Position numbers and translations under genes: made by a program. Under the pieces are notes generated by a model that saw only the letters and a program-made list of their open reading frames with translations, was not told the DNA's origin and made no database searches. DNA of 64,000 nucleotides from Ginglymostoma cirratum (taxonomy: Eukaryota): positions 1,029,210 to 1,093,209 of the forward strand of contig JAHRHZ010000075.1 in assembly GCA_024137785.1 (NCBI GenBank). Direction: 5' to 3'. Of the stretch, positions 23,328 through 34,728 are shown in pieces. Each line of letters starts with the position of its first letter. The stretch's first letter is position 1.

Positions 23328-24158
23328 GAAGCTGAAATATTGGCTGGCAATAGTAACCTGGTAACGGCTCCAATAACAATTCACAAAGAGTTCGCGCGAA
23401 AACTTAACCCTGCAACTATGGAAACATGAAATCCAAGTTATCTTTAAGTTCCAGTTTCATAACCGTTTGCCGTATCCAAGTTTTATTGCGAGTTTGGGAA
23501 AAATCCCGGGGAAGCTATTTTGGGTTCAACCTATCTCGCCGTGCTTCCTCATAATTTATATGTAATTCAGCCATTTGAAAAGAAATGCACAATAGAACCC
23601 GAATATTAAATGGCAATGTGTTTATTACATGAACCATGTATCCATCGTGAACGTATTACTCTAGAAATGACGGACCCAGGCAGACTCGAGCTAGTAAAAA
23701 TATGCAGCTTCTGTTGAAAGTAGCTTTAAATCTTATTTGCTTGTAGCGATGTTAGGTTAAAAGCTTGTTTTAGTGTCAGCGATTCCTATCTGTCTAATTA
23801 GCACCAGAAGCACTGTGTTTTCCACATCTTGAAGCGGACTTTCCTTGAACTCATTGGGGCAACAGGGCGGTAGGCAACTCGACGCTTGTCTTCTGAATAT
23901 AAATCAGCGTTCCTTTTTTTTATTGGTAACTTGAGGTATTAACCTACTTGAGGTATTAACCTTTCTTCAAAAAATTAAAAGGGTTGTTCGTTTTCAATTC
24001 AGTGGGCTGGGGCTGCCAGTGGTGGAGCCTGTGATAAGATTCGTAAGTGAAAATTTCACCTTACTCATTGAGAGAAATCCCTTTGATTGCCAAATAATGA
24101 CTCCAGTTTATATCCAGCCTTTTAATGTCCGACTTGTGCTTTTTTTCTCTTTTTACAG

Positions 24159-25051
24159 ACGATGTTTTGCATTCACATTTAAGGCGGCAAAAATACTTGT
24201 TCGATGTCGCAGCGTTGTCGAGCAGAGAGGAGTTAGTCGGGGCCGAATTGAGGTTACTGAGAAAAACGCCGGAGCAATTTCGACAGACACTGTCTGGTCT
24301 CTACGACTTCAAACTATACTCCTGCCTCAGCGAGGGACAACCGTCCAAATTACTGCAGTCCCGCACGCTTCACATTCACCAGTCCAATACACAAGGATGG
24401 GAGGTGTTTGATGTCTGGGAAATATTTCAGTTTTTCCACTCTGCCCAGTTATGTTTTGAATTGAAGGTGACATCCAGCCAGAGCGAACGGGATATTGACC
24501 TGAGACAAATCGGGTTCGGACGGAAGGGGAGAACGCCCCAAGAAAGAGCTCTGCTGGTGGTTTTCACTCGAACTCGGAAAAGAGAGAACCTCTTCAGCGA
24601 GATGAAAGAGAAAATCAAATCCTCAGAGGGCTCCGCCGACGAGGAAGGCGAACGCCAGTTCAAAGCCAGGAGGAGGAGGAGGAGACGAACCGCCTTTACA
24701 AACCGCCATGGGAAGAGGCACGGCAAGAAGGCCAAGTCCCGATGTAGTAAAAAACCTCTCCATGTGAACTTCAAAGAGTTGGGTTGGGATGACTGGATAA
24801 TAGCTCCTTTGGACTATGAAGCTTATCACTGCGAGGGAGTGTGTGACTTCCCGCTCAGATCCCACCTCGAACCCACCAACCATGCGATTATCCAAACGCT
24901 CATGAACTCTATGGACCCGAACTCCACGCCTCCGAGTTGCTGTGTCCCCACTAAACTGAGCCCCATCAGCATCCTGTACATCGATGCGGGCAATAATGTT
25001 GTCTATAAGCAGTATGAGGACATGGTTGTAGAGTCATGCGGCTGCAGGTAG
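24159..25051 (+). CDS. GDF6: GDF6 coding exon 2: rest of prodomain, polybasic furin site and 120-aa mature TGF-beta cystine-knot domain
   Basis: Polypyrimidine tract plus acceptor ttttacag at 24158. G+AC restores the frame to [18 protein letters not shown]7 at 24668-24688 is followed by [41 protein letters not shown]...[37 protein letters not shown], with seven conserved cysteines. RHGKRHGKK points to GDF6 rather than GDF5 or GDF7. Spliced CDS is 1269 nt. Confidence 0.97.
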
Positions 25052-26012
25052 CAGAGTGGCCATGGTTTCGGGAGGAGCGAGCCTCCCGGGTGTAGTATTT
25101 GAGGAGAGCGCGGAGCTGGTCGCTTGGTGGAGCATAGCCGCTATTTAAAATGTTCTCAGATAGCTGTGGCTCCGCTACCAGTGCTCGCAAATAAAACATC
25201 AGGGGAAGAGAGAGAGAGAGAAAGAGAAGGCGAGAGGGGAAAAACAGTCTAGAATGTTCTCTGTAATTTATTCCTATACCGTCATTTAGTGGATATGAGA
25301 CCGATATTTTAATTCACTACCTGCAATTTACCTGTAAGGAGATATCTAACCCCTCTGCACCAAGATATTATCACACACTATAAGGTATATTACCTGCAAG
25401 AATAGGGGCTACATTACTGGCAGAGACGGAGGACGGGTTGGCAGAAACGTCCTTCAAATCTGTGCAAACCAGTTAGTGCCGGTCGCAGCAATTGCAGCGG
25501 CGATTATCATTAGTCCTTCCACACGTATTTCTATCCAGTCCACTGGAATTGTGATGGCCTGGCGCATTTCCCAGTTAGTTCTCCCCAACTTTTATTGAAT
25601 AATGTCAGTGCAAGTTGGTGAAGGGTCATTCAGTACGATTGGAGTTTGGGGACGATGGGGAGCGGTGGAAGAGGACACATGCGCCCACCCCCATCCCCAC
25701 TAACCCCCTCTGGATGTTGCCCGTCATATGTGGATGGAGGAGAGCTAGAAGGAGGATATGCTTGCTCAATCCCCAATCGCGTTTTAAGCGAGGTGGTCCC
25801 TGCTGAAAAACGGGTGAGGGGTAGGGGGGTGTGTGGGGGTGGTGGTGCAGGGAGATGGGGAACACATTGAGACTAATTCCTTTCCTGGGCTGGCATGCGG
25901 ATAGTAATGCGACCTGCCAGCACCAGGCAAAACTGGAAGAAACTTTCTGTTCCCTTTTCGCCCCGATTATCTGCTGATCTTGATCGCCTTTTGAAAGGTG
26001 AGGGTAATTTAC

Positions 26013-26048
<36 letters not shown>

Positions 26049-26900
26049 GTTGAAGGTAATGAAAGGAGAGAATGGCTCCGCTCCTCCAGGTTTCTTGCTA
26101 AAGAAGGTTTTTCCCTCCTTCTGACATTCCGACGAGATTACCAGCCAGAAAGAGCCGTCGGCCAAAAAGGAATTGTTGCAGATTGTAATTCCATCTACGG
26201 TGGAATCTAAACTGCCTGGTGTGATTAAAAACTGCAAAAAAAGTTGTAGTGGGGGTTGGGTTTCGGGTTGGGGTGGAGGACAAATTCTGGAAATGACCAA
26301 AATGCATTTGCTGTCCTTGATAAAGCAACAGCTAAAAAAAAACAATGGGCTCGGTGGGCATTTCACCAGCTATAGACAATACAGTATTTACAAATTTAAC
26401 CTGGGAACAAGCAAACACTTGTACAAATAGTTACCTTCCGCCGGCGACCGCAATGGGAAAACATTCGGAGAGCCTTGCTTTGCTTGAATTAGGATTAAAA
26501 AAAACACAAGTGCACTTCTGTCCATTAGTAAGGTTTTGCTCAGTTGAATCACCACTTGCTTGGTAACCTCCCCCACCCGTTGCAAACTGGAAATTGGCCG
26601 GATTGCACGATTCCGCAACTAGGAGGTGGGGAAAATAATTGACCCCAGGACCGTATGTATAAAAAAATGCACATTAGCTTTAATGCACTGTTGTTCATAT
26701 GTTGTGTTGTACATATTTGTGTATTTAAACGAGACTTTAATGTGCAAAATGGAGAAGTTAACAATTACATTAAGTCTAAAAAAAGTATAGATCTTTGTAT
26801 GCACTCTGAATTTTGTGATATTTCTAATATTTTTAAAGTAATAATATTTGAGCTGTACAGGGTTTTAAACGCCAATCAAACATTTGCCTGACATCCCGAA
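25052..26900 (+). other. GDF6: Probable GDF6 3'UTR (end uncertain)
   Basis: Follows the stop codon. AATAAA at 25190-25195. A distal AU-rich block at ~26370-26900 has TGTACATA (26708-26715), TGCACTG (26684-26690) and CAGTATT (26382-26388). Confidence 0.5.
26016..26046. repeat. (AC)n microsatellite in the 3' region of GDF6
   Basis: Direct reading. Confidence 0.97.
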
Positions 26901-29511
26901 GTCTAAAAATCATAAATAATGATGTTTAATTCTTGTTGTGCCCAAGATAGAGAGACGTCTTTCATTGTCTACCTCAGATTATGTTACAATGTTTTGAATT
27001 TGATAGAAATTTGGCAAATTCACAAATCTTTTCCGATAATCTGGCGTAAATAGATTTTATTCTTACTGTTATATTCTCACTATTGCTGTATCATTAAATT
27101 TTAATTTGATCGATTTGTTTGTCATTTTTGGGTTCATTTCTAAAAAAAGAGTCTAGATAGAAACAAGGAATATGGAAGCTAACATATGAGAGAGGCTAAA
27201 CGACCAACTGGTTTGTCCGCACACCTTTAAATTGATAGATATAGCCTTGCTTTTAAGGGAAAGAGACTCATACGGCAATTGTCAGCAGGGTGTTGTAAAA
27301 TTGTCACTTTTTCAGATGTTTTCTTTATTTCGACACGTAATTTAGGTGTGAGGCTGGTAGCAGAGTGCATTTTCAATTATATTGGTGCAAGATAAATTCG
27401 TTGCCATTTGTATTTTAATCTTCAAAAACATATCAGAAAAAAATACAGTGACTACATTAGTCCTCCCCCGCCACCCCATTACTTTTCTATGTTTACTTGA
27501 AAGGTGTGTTATCATCAATCGAAACAGACAAGGGTGCATTTATATTGCAGCTATCCGCCTGGGAATGGGCCACAGTTTATATCAGTTTTGGTTTCGGCCA
27601 GATAGAACACCAGATCACTGTTTGGTTCCTACCTGACTAGAAGTATATTGTTCAAATCGAATTTTTGTCTTTGCTGGACATATTCGCAGGTTTAAATAAT
27701 GTCAGGTAGTTTCACAAAATGTTCAGGTGATTCAACATGATCGTTGAAGCACATTGCAACCCAGCTTGGACATGATAATGGAGCTAGGCTTCATCTAGTA
27801 TTGGATTAAACTTAACCCAAGCTGTTCAACACAGTTTAGCTTTGGTATCAGGGCAAGCCCTGACTTTGGGTTTGCGAGGACAACTGTGTGTGTGTGAAAA
27901 ATCACTGTATCAATAGTTAGCTTGTATTACAAATGCAACTGAATGTCATTTTCATTCAAACCATTCTGTGGCACAGAAAAACATTTAATCTTCCAATACC
28001 TACCCTCCCAATAATTAAATCAAAACGTACTTAGCTAAAATGATTTAGAAGTAATAAAACTAATAATGATAAACAAACCTAAAATAGTTAATACAACTAG
28101 GAGTCTAAAAGAGGATATCATATGTTTAGATCCCCTGTTTGTAAATTTAAACTTACATCATAAATTATCTAGGTACATTAATGGATGGGGGCACAATATG
28201 CATAAAGAATGGGCTCCAGGTACAGGCTGACTGATCAGACTTAGCTTTCACCTCTGGGTTCAAATCTAGAATGAGTGGATGAAGGACTTCTCTGTTTGTT
28301 GCATGTTAATGGGCCTTTGTAGCGTTGTTAATTTTTGTTGAAAGTATTCATTGAGGTTTGGTCATACAACATTTGATCATGGGGCAGTGTTTGAATTTAC
28401 ACATAGGGTACAGCTATGGCAGGGTAGCTGAAAATTGCAGAGCTATACCTCAGTGACAGTCAGTTCCAGAGAAACCACAGCCTAGTAAAATTCAGAACCA
28501 TCGTACTGTGATGAGAATTACTTCCAAAGATAGAGGAAGGATCAGTGCCCAGCAGCACAATGAGAGCACCAGGATAATTGTACCCTTATAGTAGGAGAAC
28601 TGTACTCAGTGAGAGTCCATGCTAGCAGAACTATGGCCTATTAAGAGTTAATACTTTCATGCAAGGAGGGATCAAATTGGGAACATGAACAGAAAAATTA
28701 AAAAAAAATCTTGGAAAGAAAGATTACTATATTGGGAGAAGCAACTTTCATACGGTATATAATTTCCTTTCATGAGGCTGTGCTGCTAACTTCTCTGATG
28801 TATGTTCCAAAGCATTTGTATTGTTTTCCAGGGGCTGACTCATATTATTTCTTTCTTTACATAAATTGGGTAGTTTCTTTATAAAAATGATTGTTATGGC
28901 AACCCAGGAGTTTTCTGTAGTCCCCAAACTACATGGAACACTGCATTGGTGATTCAGAAGTGGCCTGTTGAATCACAGTTACAATGGCAAGTCATGTAAT
29001 AGTGGTATGTCCTTTATTAGCCTGCAGGATGGCCACAGTTTACAGTTTCTTTTGGCCAAGTTGCAGACAGCCAGAGAAGTGGAAGAATGCAGGTGAATAA
29101 TACGAGTGTCATGTTATACTAGTTTCTCCTTGTTTCTAACAGTATTGTTTAGGCGATCCACTACCAATTCCTGGAGGACTGGCAATCCAAAGTGAAAAAA
29201 AGTTTCATAATTCTCAAAAATACTAGCAATCTTTATTTATATGGCATTTCTAACATAATAAAACATCCCAAAGGCATTTATTGGGAGTGCCATAAAGCAA
29301 ATTGTGACACTGTGCCACATAGGGAGGTATAACAATGGCTGGCCAAAAATGTTGATATTAAAGAGCCTCTTAAAGGAGGAAAAATTGGATGAGAAATGGA
29401 AAAGTTCGGAGAAAAAATTCCAGGGCATTGTGCCTTAACAGCCGAATGCATGGTTACTGATGGTGAAAAGATTAAAATAAAAATGCACAAAGAAAATAGA
29501 ATTGGAGTGAA

Positions 29512-29716
29512 AGATCACACAGTGTGGAACTGGAGGAACACGACAGGCCAGGCAGCATCAGAGGAGCAGGAAAGTTGACGTTTCAGGTCAGGACCTCCTT
29601 TAGAAATGTTCCGACCCAAAACATCAACTTTCCTGCTCCTCCAATGCTGCCTGGCCTGCTGTGTTCCTCAAGCTCCACACTGTGTTATCTCTGACACGAG
29701 CATCAGCAGTTCTTGA
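29512..29716. mobile_element. Penelope-derived fold-back repeat, subfamily B
   Basis: 12-bp TSD AATTGGAGTGAA at 29500-29511 and 29717-29728. Inverted arms acacagtgtggaactggagg... / ...cctcaagctccacactgtgt. Confidence 0.88.
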
Positions 29717-29756
29717 AATTGGAGTGAAGATATCTTAGTAGATTGTGAGGTTAGGA

Positions 29757-30050
29757 AACGTAGAAACATTAAAAATGGGAGCACAAGTATGTCAGACAGC
29801 CTTTTGAGCCTGCTCTGCCATTCAGTATCATTGTGACAGTTCATCCAACTCAGTTCCCTGGTCTTGCTTTCTCCCTTATCCTTTGCTCCCTTTAGCCCTA
29901 TGAACTCTATCTAATCCCTTCTTGAAAACTTCCAATGTTTTTGTCCCAACATCTTTCTGTAGCAGAGAATTCCACAGGTTCACCACTCTTTGGGTGAAGA
30001 AATTTCTCTTCATCTCAGACCTAAATGGCCTACCCTGTTTCCTTAAACTT
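29757..30050 (-). mobile_element. CR1 LINE 3' fragment
   Basis: ORF 29876..30076 RNFFTQRVVNLWNSL is the CR1 ORF2 C-terminal motif. Confidence 0.88.
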
Positions 30051-30504
30051 AAAGAGATAAGGAGGGGTGATTCCATGTAAGCAGTTGAAAGTAAGGATAA
30101 GAATTTTAAAATAAAAGCATTATTTAATTGGGAGCCAATGTCATTCAGTAAATATAGAAATCATGAATGTCCAGAACTTGATATGAGGTAGGACACAGGC
30201 AGCAGAATTTTGATGAAGTTAAGCTTAGGTAGGGTAGAATCTGGGAGATTGAACAGCAATAATTTAGATTAGCCAAGTCTAAAAGTAACTAAGGAATAGA
30301 TGTGAAGCTGTTGTGAAAGAGCTGTGTAATGTTATGGAGGTGGGAATATGCAGCCTCCGTAATGAAGCAGACATGAGGCCAAAAGCTCATCTCAAAGCCA
30401 AAAATAGCCAATGTCTTGTTGGCTTGACCAGTGCCTGAAAAGTAATTTGGCATTAAATGGCAATTTCATTCAGACAGCTGACAGTATGAGTGATGCTACA
30501 CTAA

Positions 30505-30521
30505 TGCAGTAGGGGGCGCTG
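30505..30521 (+). promoter_or_regulatory. Candidate CTCF site
   Basis: TGCAGTAGGGGGCGCTG is a close match to the CTCF core (CCAS YAG RKGGCRS) and keeps its CpG in a CpG-poor neighbourhood. Confidence 0.5.
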
Positions 30522-32684
30522 TTCCGAAATGGTGGCCAAGCTATATTGTTGGGCCAGACAGGCACTTTTATTTTGCATCTGCATCTGATCTGCCTGATCT
30601 GATCCGATCTTTTGCATTTGAATTGTACTTTAGGTGTCCTGAAGTGGGAAGCATTCCTTCCTTCACTTTAAGATTGCTCAGCTTGAGCACAAATACATGT
30701 TGAGAAAAATTGTGCTAATATATGCTGAGTTTTATGATGATCACAGATAAAGCTTCTCAGCTTCTTTCCGAGATAGATCATCTCCATATATTCCTTGAAG
30801 ATAGTGATTCAACTGACCATGGCTCCACAGGTGAAAGTAGCTTTAATCAGCTCTGGCAAATTGCCATTTTTCATGTAAGTCTGGAGAGTGATGTCCCACA
30901 ATGAGAAATGTTGGCAATCGAACAGAAATTCTGCTGCTGCATTCCAATAACATTGACGAAAATTATATAAATCCAACGCTGCCTTGGATAAATGTGTGAC
31001 TAGTCCATCAACATTTGTTTTATATGAATTATGTATTACCTAATACTAGTTACATTCCAATAATTGCTTTCTTCTTATGGAGTTTTGTAAGATAATTATT
31101 ATCCATTAAGACATATTGAATTTTTTCTAAAGTAAAATTTGTAGTGTTTTGAAATATGTTTCCAGTCAATAATTAGTTACTTAAATACAGTTCTCATAAG
31201 ATCATTTCACCCATTAGAATAAAGTGGATGTATTTTTGAATTGGTAACTTGCACAATGTTGTGAAACCATTCTCTGTTTTCTTATATTAAGGTTAAGTAA
31301 ATTGTAATGTTGAAAACAGTCAAATTACGGAGTGTCATATGAAAGAAAAATACTTTGGTGCTTCTAAGAAGAACTTGGTGTAAATTCACTGAGCCATCTC
31401 CCAGGATATTTGGACTATATCTCATTCCATGTAGCATCTGCCTTTATACAAGCACAGAAAAAAATATAAAATTGCATTGATAAAATATTGGCTGATAAAA
31501 TTTCATGTTGAAATTCATTAATTTAGATTTAGAAGTATCGCAAAATATCATTATGTTTTCCTAGTTTCAGATTCATTCACAGTGCTGGATTCATAATTTT
31601 TTTACAGTATTCAAGTTAAAACATAACATAAATAATTAGATATTGTACAATCCAATTGTGAATTACCTCAGACAGAAAACGCTGCTGTAGGGGACTTGGA
31701 GGGTTGGGGGGGTTCGCGGGGGGCCGGTGGGGGGAGCAAGCGGATGTCATGACAGGGCTTCATGTTGTGGCATGAGAGTTTTTGGAATAGAGTCAGGTAC
31801 TAAAATGAAAATCTGTTTCTCTCTCCAGGATTTCTCTGATCACATATCAACATTTTCTGCAAATTTGCATGTTTGTTTTCAATGATTTTAATCTTGATAC
31901 CAATGCATTTTTTGATAAAAATGTTGCACATTTAAATTTTGGCACGTGAAAAGCATCAGCATTCTAAAGTTTGAAAGCACTGCACAGAAATTATTTATTT
32001 GCACTTACTATCCATTTTTTTTTGTTTATTCAGTAAAATGACATTCTTTGCTAGATACCAGACTATCATTAATGGATTCTTGTCTTCCTGCCAATGACTC
32101 TAGTGGTTTTATTGCATCTTTGATGAATGAGTAAGATCTTTTGAACTATATAGCACTTTATTTGTTATCAGGAAATGGCTTAATTACAGAAATTAGTGTA
32201 TTTAACAACATCAATATAAATTCAGATACTTGTTACAAATTTTTAGTACTTAATTCAAGCATCCTGAGTGCATTCAAATACTCAATAACTATATGCCTAT
32301 AGTCTATATTGCAGAAGATATAATTTGCTTTCAAAACAAAGCAGGTTGTAATACACTTTTGTCCATTACACTTTGGTAATGGACAGAATAAAGTGAATTG
32401 AACCTGTTGATTAAATGAGCCATAATATTTGCATCTATTTTATGGATTCTATAAATTTAAATGCCAGAGGGGTGAAGCAAACATACCCTATCAATTAGCT
32501 ACAGTCCTTTATTAACACAGCTAAATTCTATACATAATAAAAATCAAAAGTAAGATAGCTGAGAAATTATTCCCAACTCACATATTGACATCTGCAATCA
32601 GACTTGAAATGATCAGTTGCAGCAAATGTTGGAGGGCATTTGAGATCTTGTCTTGATTCATTGCTTTAGATTTTTTTTGTTTTT

Positions 32685-33125
32685 TTTGGGCTGTGAGCAC
32701 ATTTATTGTCTGCCCCTAATTTGCTCGAGAAAGTGGTGGTGAGCCACTTTCTCAAAATACTGCAATCCATGTTATGTAAATGCACGCACTGAGCTTTTGG
32801 GGAATTCCAGATATTTGACACAATGTCAATGAAGAAATTACAATATAGTTCCAAGTCAGGATGGTGTATGGTCTAGAGGGGATGTTGTAGATCATAGTGT
32901 TTCCATGCATCAACTGCCTTTGCTTCTAGGTGATAGAAGTTGTGGGAATGAAGATGCTGTTGAAGGAGCCTTGGTGAATTATTGCAGTGCATCCTTGTTG
33001 AGCTTCTCAAGTGTTTCTGGAGCTGCAGTCTTGCAGGCTAGTGGAAAGTATCTCATTACTCATGGCTTAAGTCTCATAAATAGTGGACAGGCTTCGGAAG
33101 ATCAGGATATGAGTTATTGTAATGT
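32685..33125 (-). mobile_element. LINE 3' remnant (CR1/L2-group family sharing its tail with the SINE at 41328)
   Basis: catttattgtctgcccctaa...gtggtggtgagccac is the reverse complement of the gcagctcaccaccac...ggacaataaatgc tail seen at 54866-54915, 62687-62735 and partly at 41610. Confidence 0.65.
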
Positions 33126-34632
33126 ACATCCAGAACTCGATAGTTTCCAAAGGCATATATGTATTTTAAGCAATGGTGGTGTGATTATGGCTATGGCAGA
33201 ATAAACTGACCTAGTATTCTAGTAACTATAATTTTACAGTGATAGCTCCTTAACAAAAGGCAGGGCCACTAGCTGGTTAGCAATGCATTGCAAACCGCAA
33301 TGGATTTTGCTGTGGCTCATTAACAGAGCATGACATTAACATATGCTTTCAGGTCCCTAAGAGGGCAAACAGGATGAGGAATTAGACCTGTCAAAGAAAG
33401 GATTTCTATTTAAAGCATCTTTGGTTACAATAATGTGACTGCACATAGATCTTTTTGAGACTGAAGCAACATCTGAAAGGACGTGAAGGAAACAAAATAG
33501 ACTCCAAGGGAAAAGAAGAGTAGGGAATACAGGGCAGATCAACTTCCAACTTTTAAGAAATAGAACCAAGACAGTAAACTTGTAGAAATGTATCTTGCTT
33601 GCTTTCAATGTGGCAAACCAGGCCCCAACAGAGGGAGAATTGATTTAGCAAGATACCAATGGTAAGGCTTTGCAGTCAGAACTGTTTCCATATTTTGAAA
33701 TGACCAAGCCCGGACTCAGTGTTGGGAGTGGGTCCAAATTTCTGCTGAGGCTTTTTCTAAAAACAGAGAGCGACTCCTTTTGCATCCTACGCTCCCAGAT
33801 ATGGAATAGATATTTTTTGAGATAAAGGGTGTTTTCAAATACTGCTTGCGGCAGAGATTGCTGATTGGCATGCCAAAGCAGGATGAATACTCAGGAAATA
33901 TTGGGAATATTGGTGTATAAAGGTTCCCCTTATAAGAATTCGCCTACACAATAAGCGTATCATGGGGCAATACCTTTCAGGGTTGTTCTGAACTTATCTA
34001 TAGCAGAAATGGTCGCGTTGTTGGAAAATGACTTAATGGAAAACCAGGTATTACACCTACAGGGTCAAATATAGTCTACAGGACAGAGGAAACTGGAAAG
34101 AACCAAAAAAAAATGCTATTCAACTCCAGCTGAAGATAACCTTAACATCCTACAGGATTGATAGAACCAATAGGATTAGGGAAATAGAAGGAAAGTCAGA
34201 GACTCTTCTGGAGGCTAACATTAATTAGTCCTTTCTCATTCCATTACCCTGGATAGAAAAGAGTCTGTTCTCAGTTTGTTCTTCAACGTACTGCTCTATA
34301 AAACCACCTCAAGTTCATTCCAATAATTTACCCACCATAGCATTTGTGCTCATTGTATTTGCAAGTAGATTGAAGTTACCCTTGTTACATGCATCTCTAA
34401 TTTCCTGATTTATACCACACCTTACGCTACAACCAGTGTTTATGGTCAACCACAAACTCCTACAAATGTTTGCTGCTCCTTAGCTCCACCCACGCAGATT
34501 TTGTACCTTATTTTAACAATCTAAGATGCTCTCTCATTAATGTACAGATTCCATCCCTTATTATCAATACTTCACCACTACCGTTCCTTTTTATCTGCAT
34601 GTCAAACAGAGCCTATAATCATAGAATCCCTG

Positions 34633-34728
34633 ATATAACAAGGTGTAGCGCTGGATGAACACAGCAGGCCAAGCAGCATCAGAGAAGCAGGAAAGCTGAC
34701 GTTTCGGGTCTAGACCCTTCTTCAGAAA
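34633..34728 (-). mobile_element. Penelope-derived repeat, subfamily B
   Basis: 10-bp TSD AGAATCCCTG at 34623-34632 and 34729-34738. Confidence 0.88.
34694..34728 (-). ncRNA. Minimal hammerhead-ribozyme-like motif (best-preserved core)
   Basis: Minus strand: UUU CUGAAGA A GGGUC UA GACCC GAAAC GUC AGCU. It has CUGANGA and GAAA boxes, a perfect stem II, a palindromic ACGU stem III and a GUC triplet. Stem I is weak. Confidence 0.55.

Larger units (their letters stand above)
15384..24158 (+). other. GDF6: Single GDF6 intron (phase 1, GT-AG; contains a 100-N gap)
   Basis: Donor gttggt and acceptor tacag are frame-compatible. The position matches the two-exon GDF5/6/7 architecture. Confidence 0.92.
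29230..30430 (-). mobile_element. Old L2/CR1-group LINE 3' remnant hosting two nested insertions
   Basis: atttatatggcatttc...catcccaaaggcattta tail and gggagccaatg...gcagcagaattttg...agtctaaaagtaac segments are typical of L2-type remnants. Family assignment from memory. Confidence 0.5.

Noticed and set aside
24125-24158. Alternative ATG giving a signal-less 308-aa GDF6 isoform
   Set aside because: The extension [11 protein letters not shown] is the polypyrimidine tract of the acceptor. There is no evidence for an internal promoter.
25626-26366. 246-aa antisense ORF in the 3' region
   Set aside because: It spans a (GT)n microsatellite (CVCVCV), has no recognisable domain, and overlaps the presumed 3'UTR.
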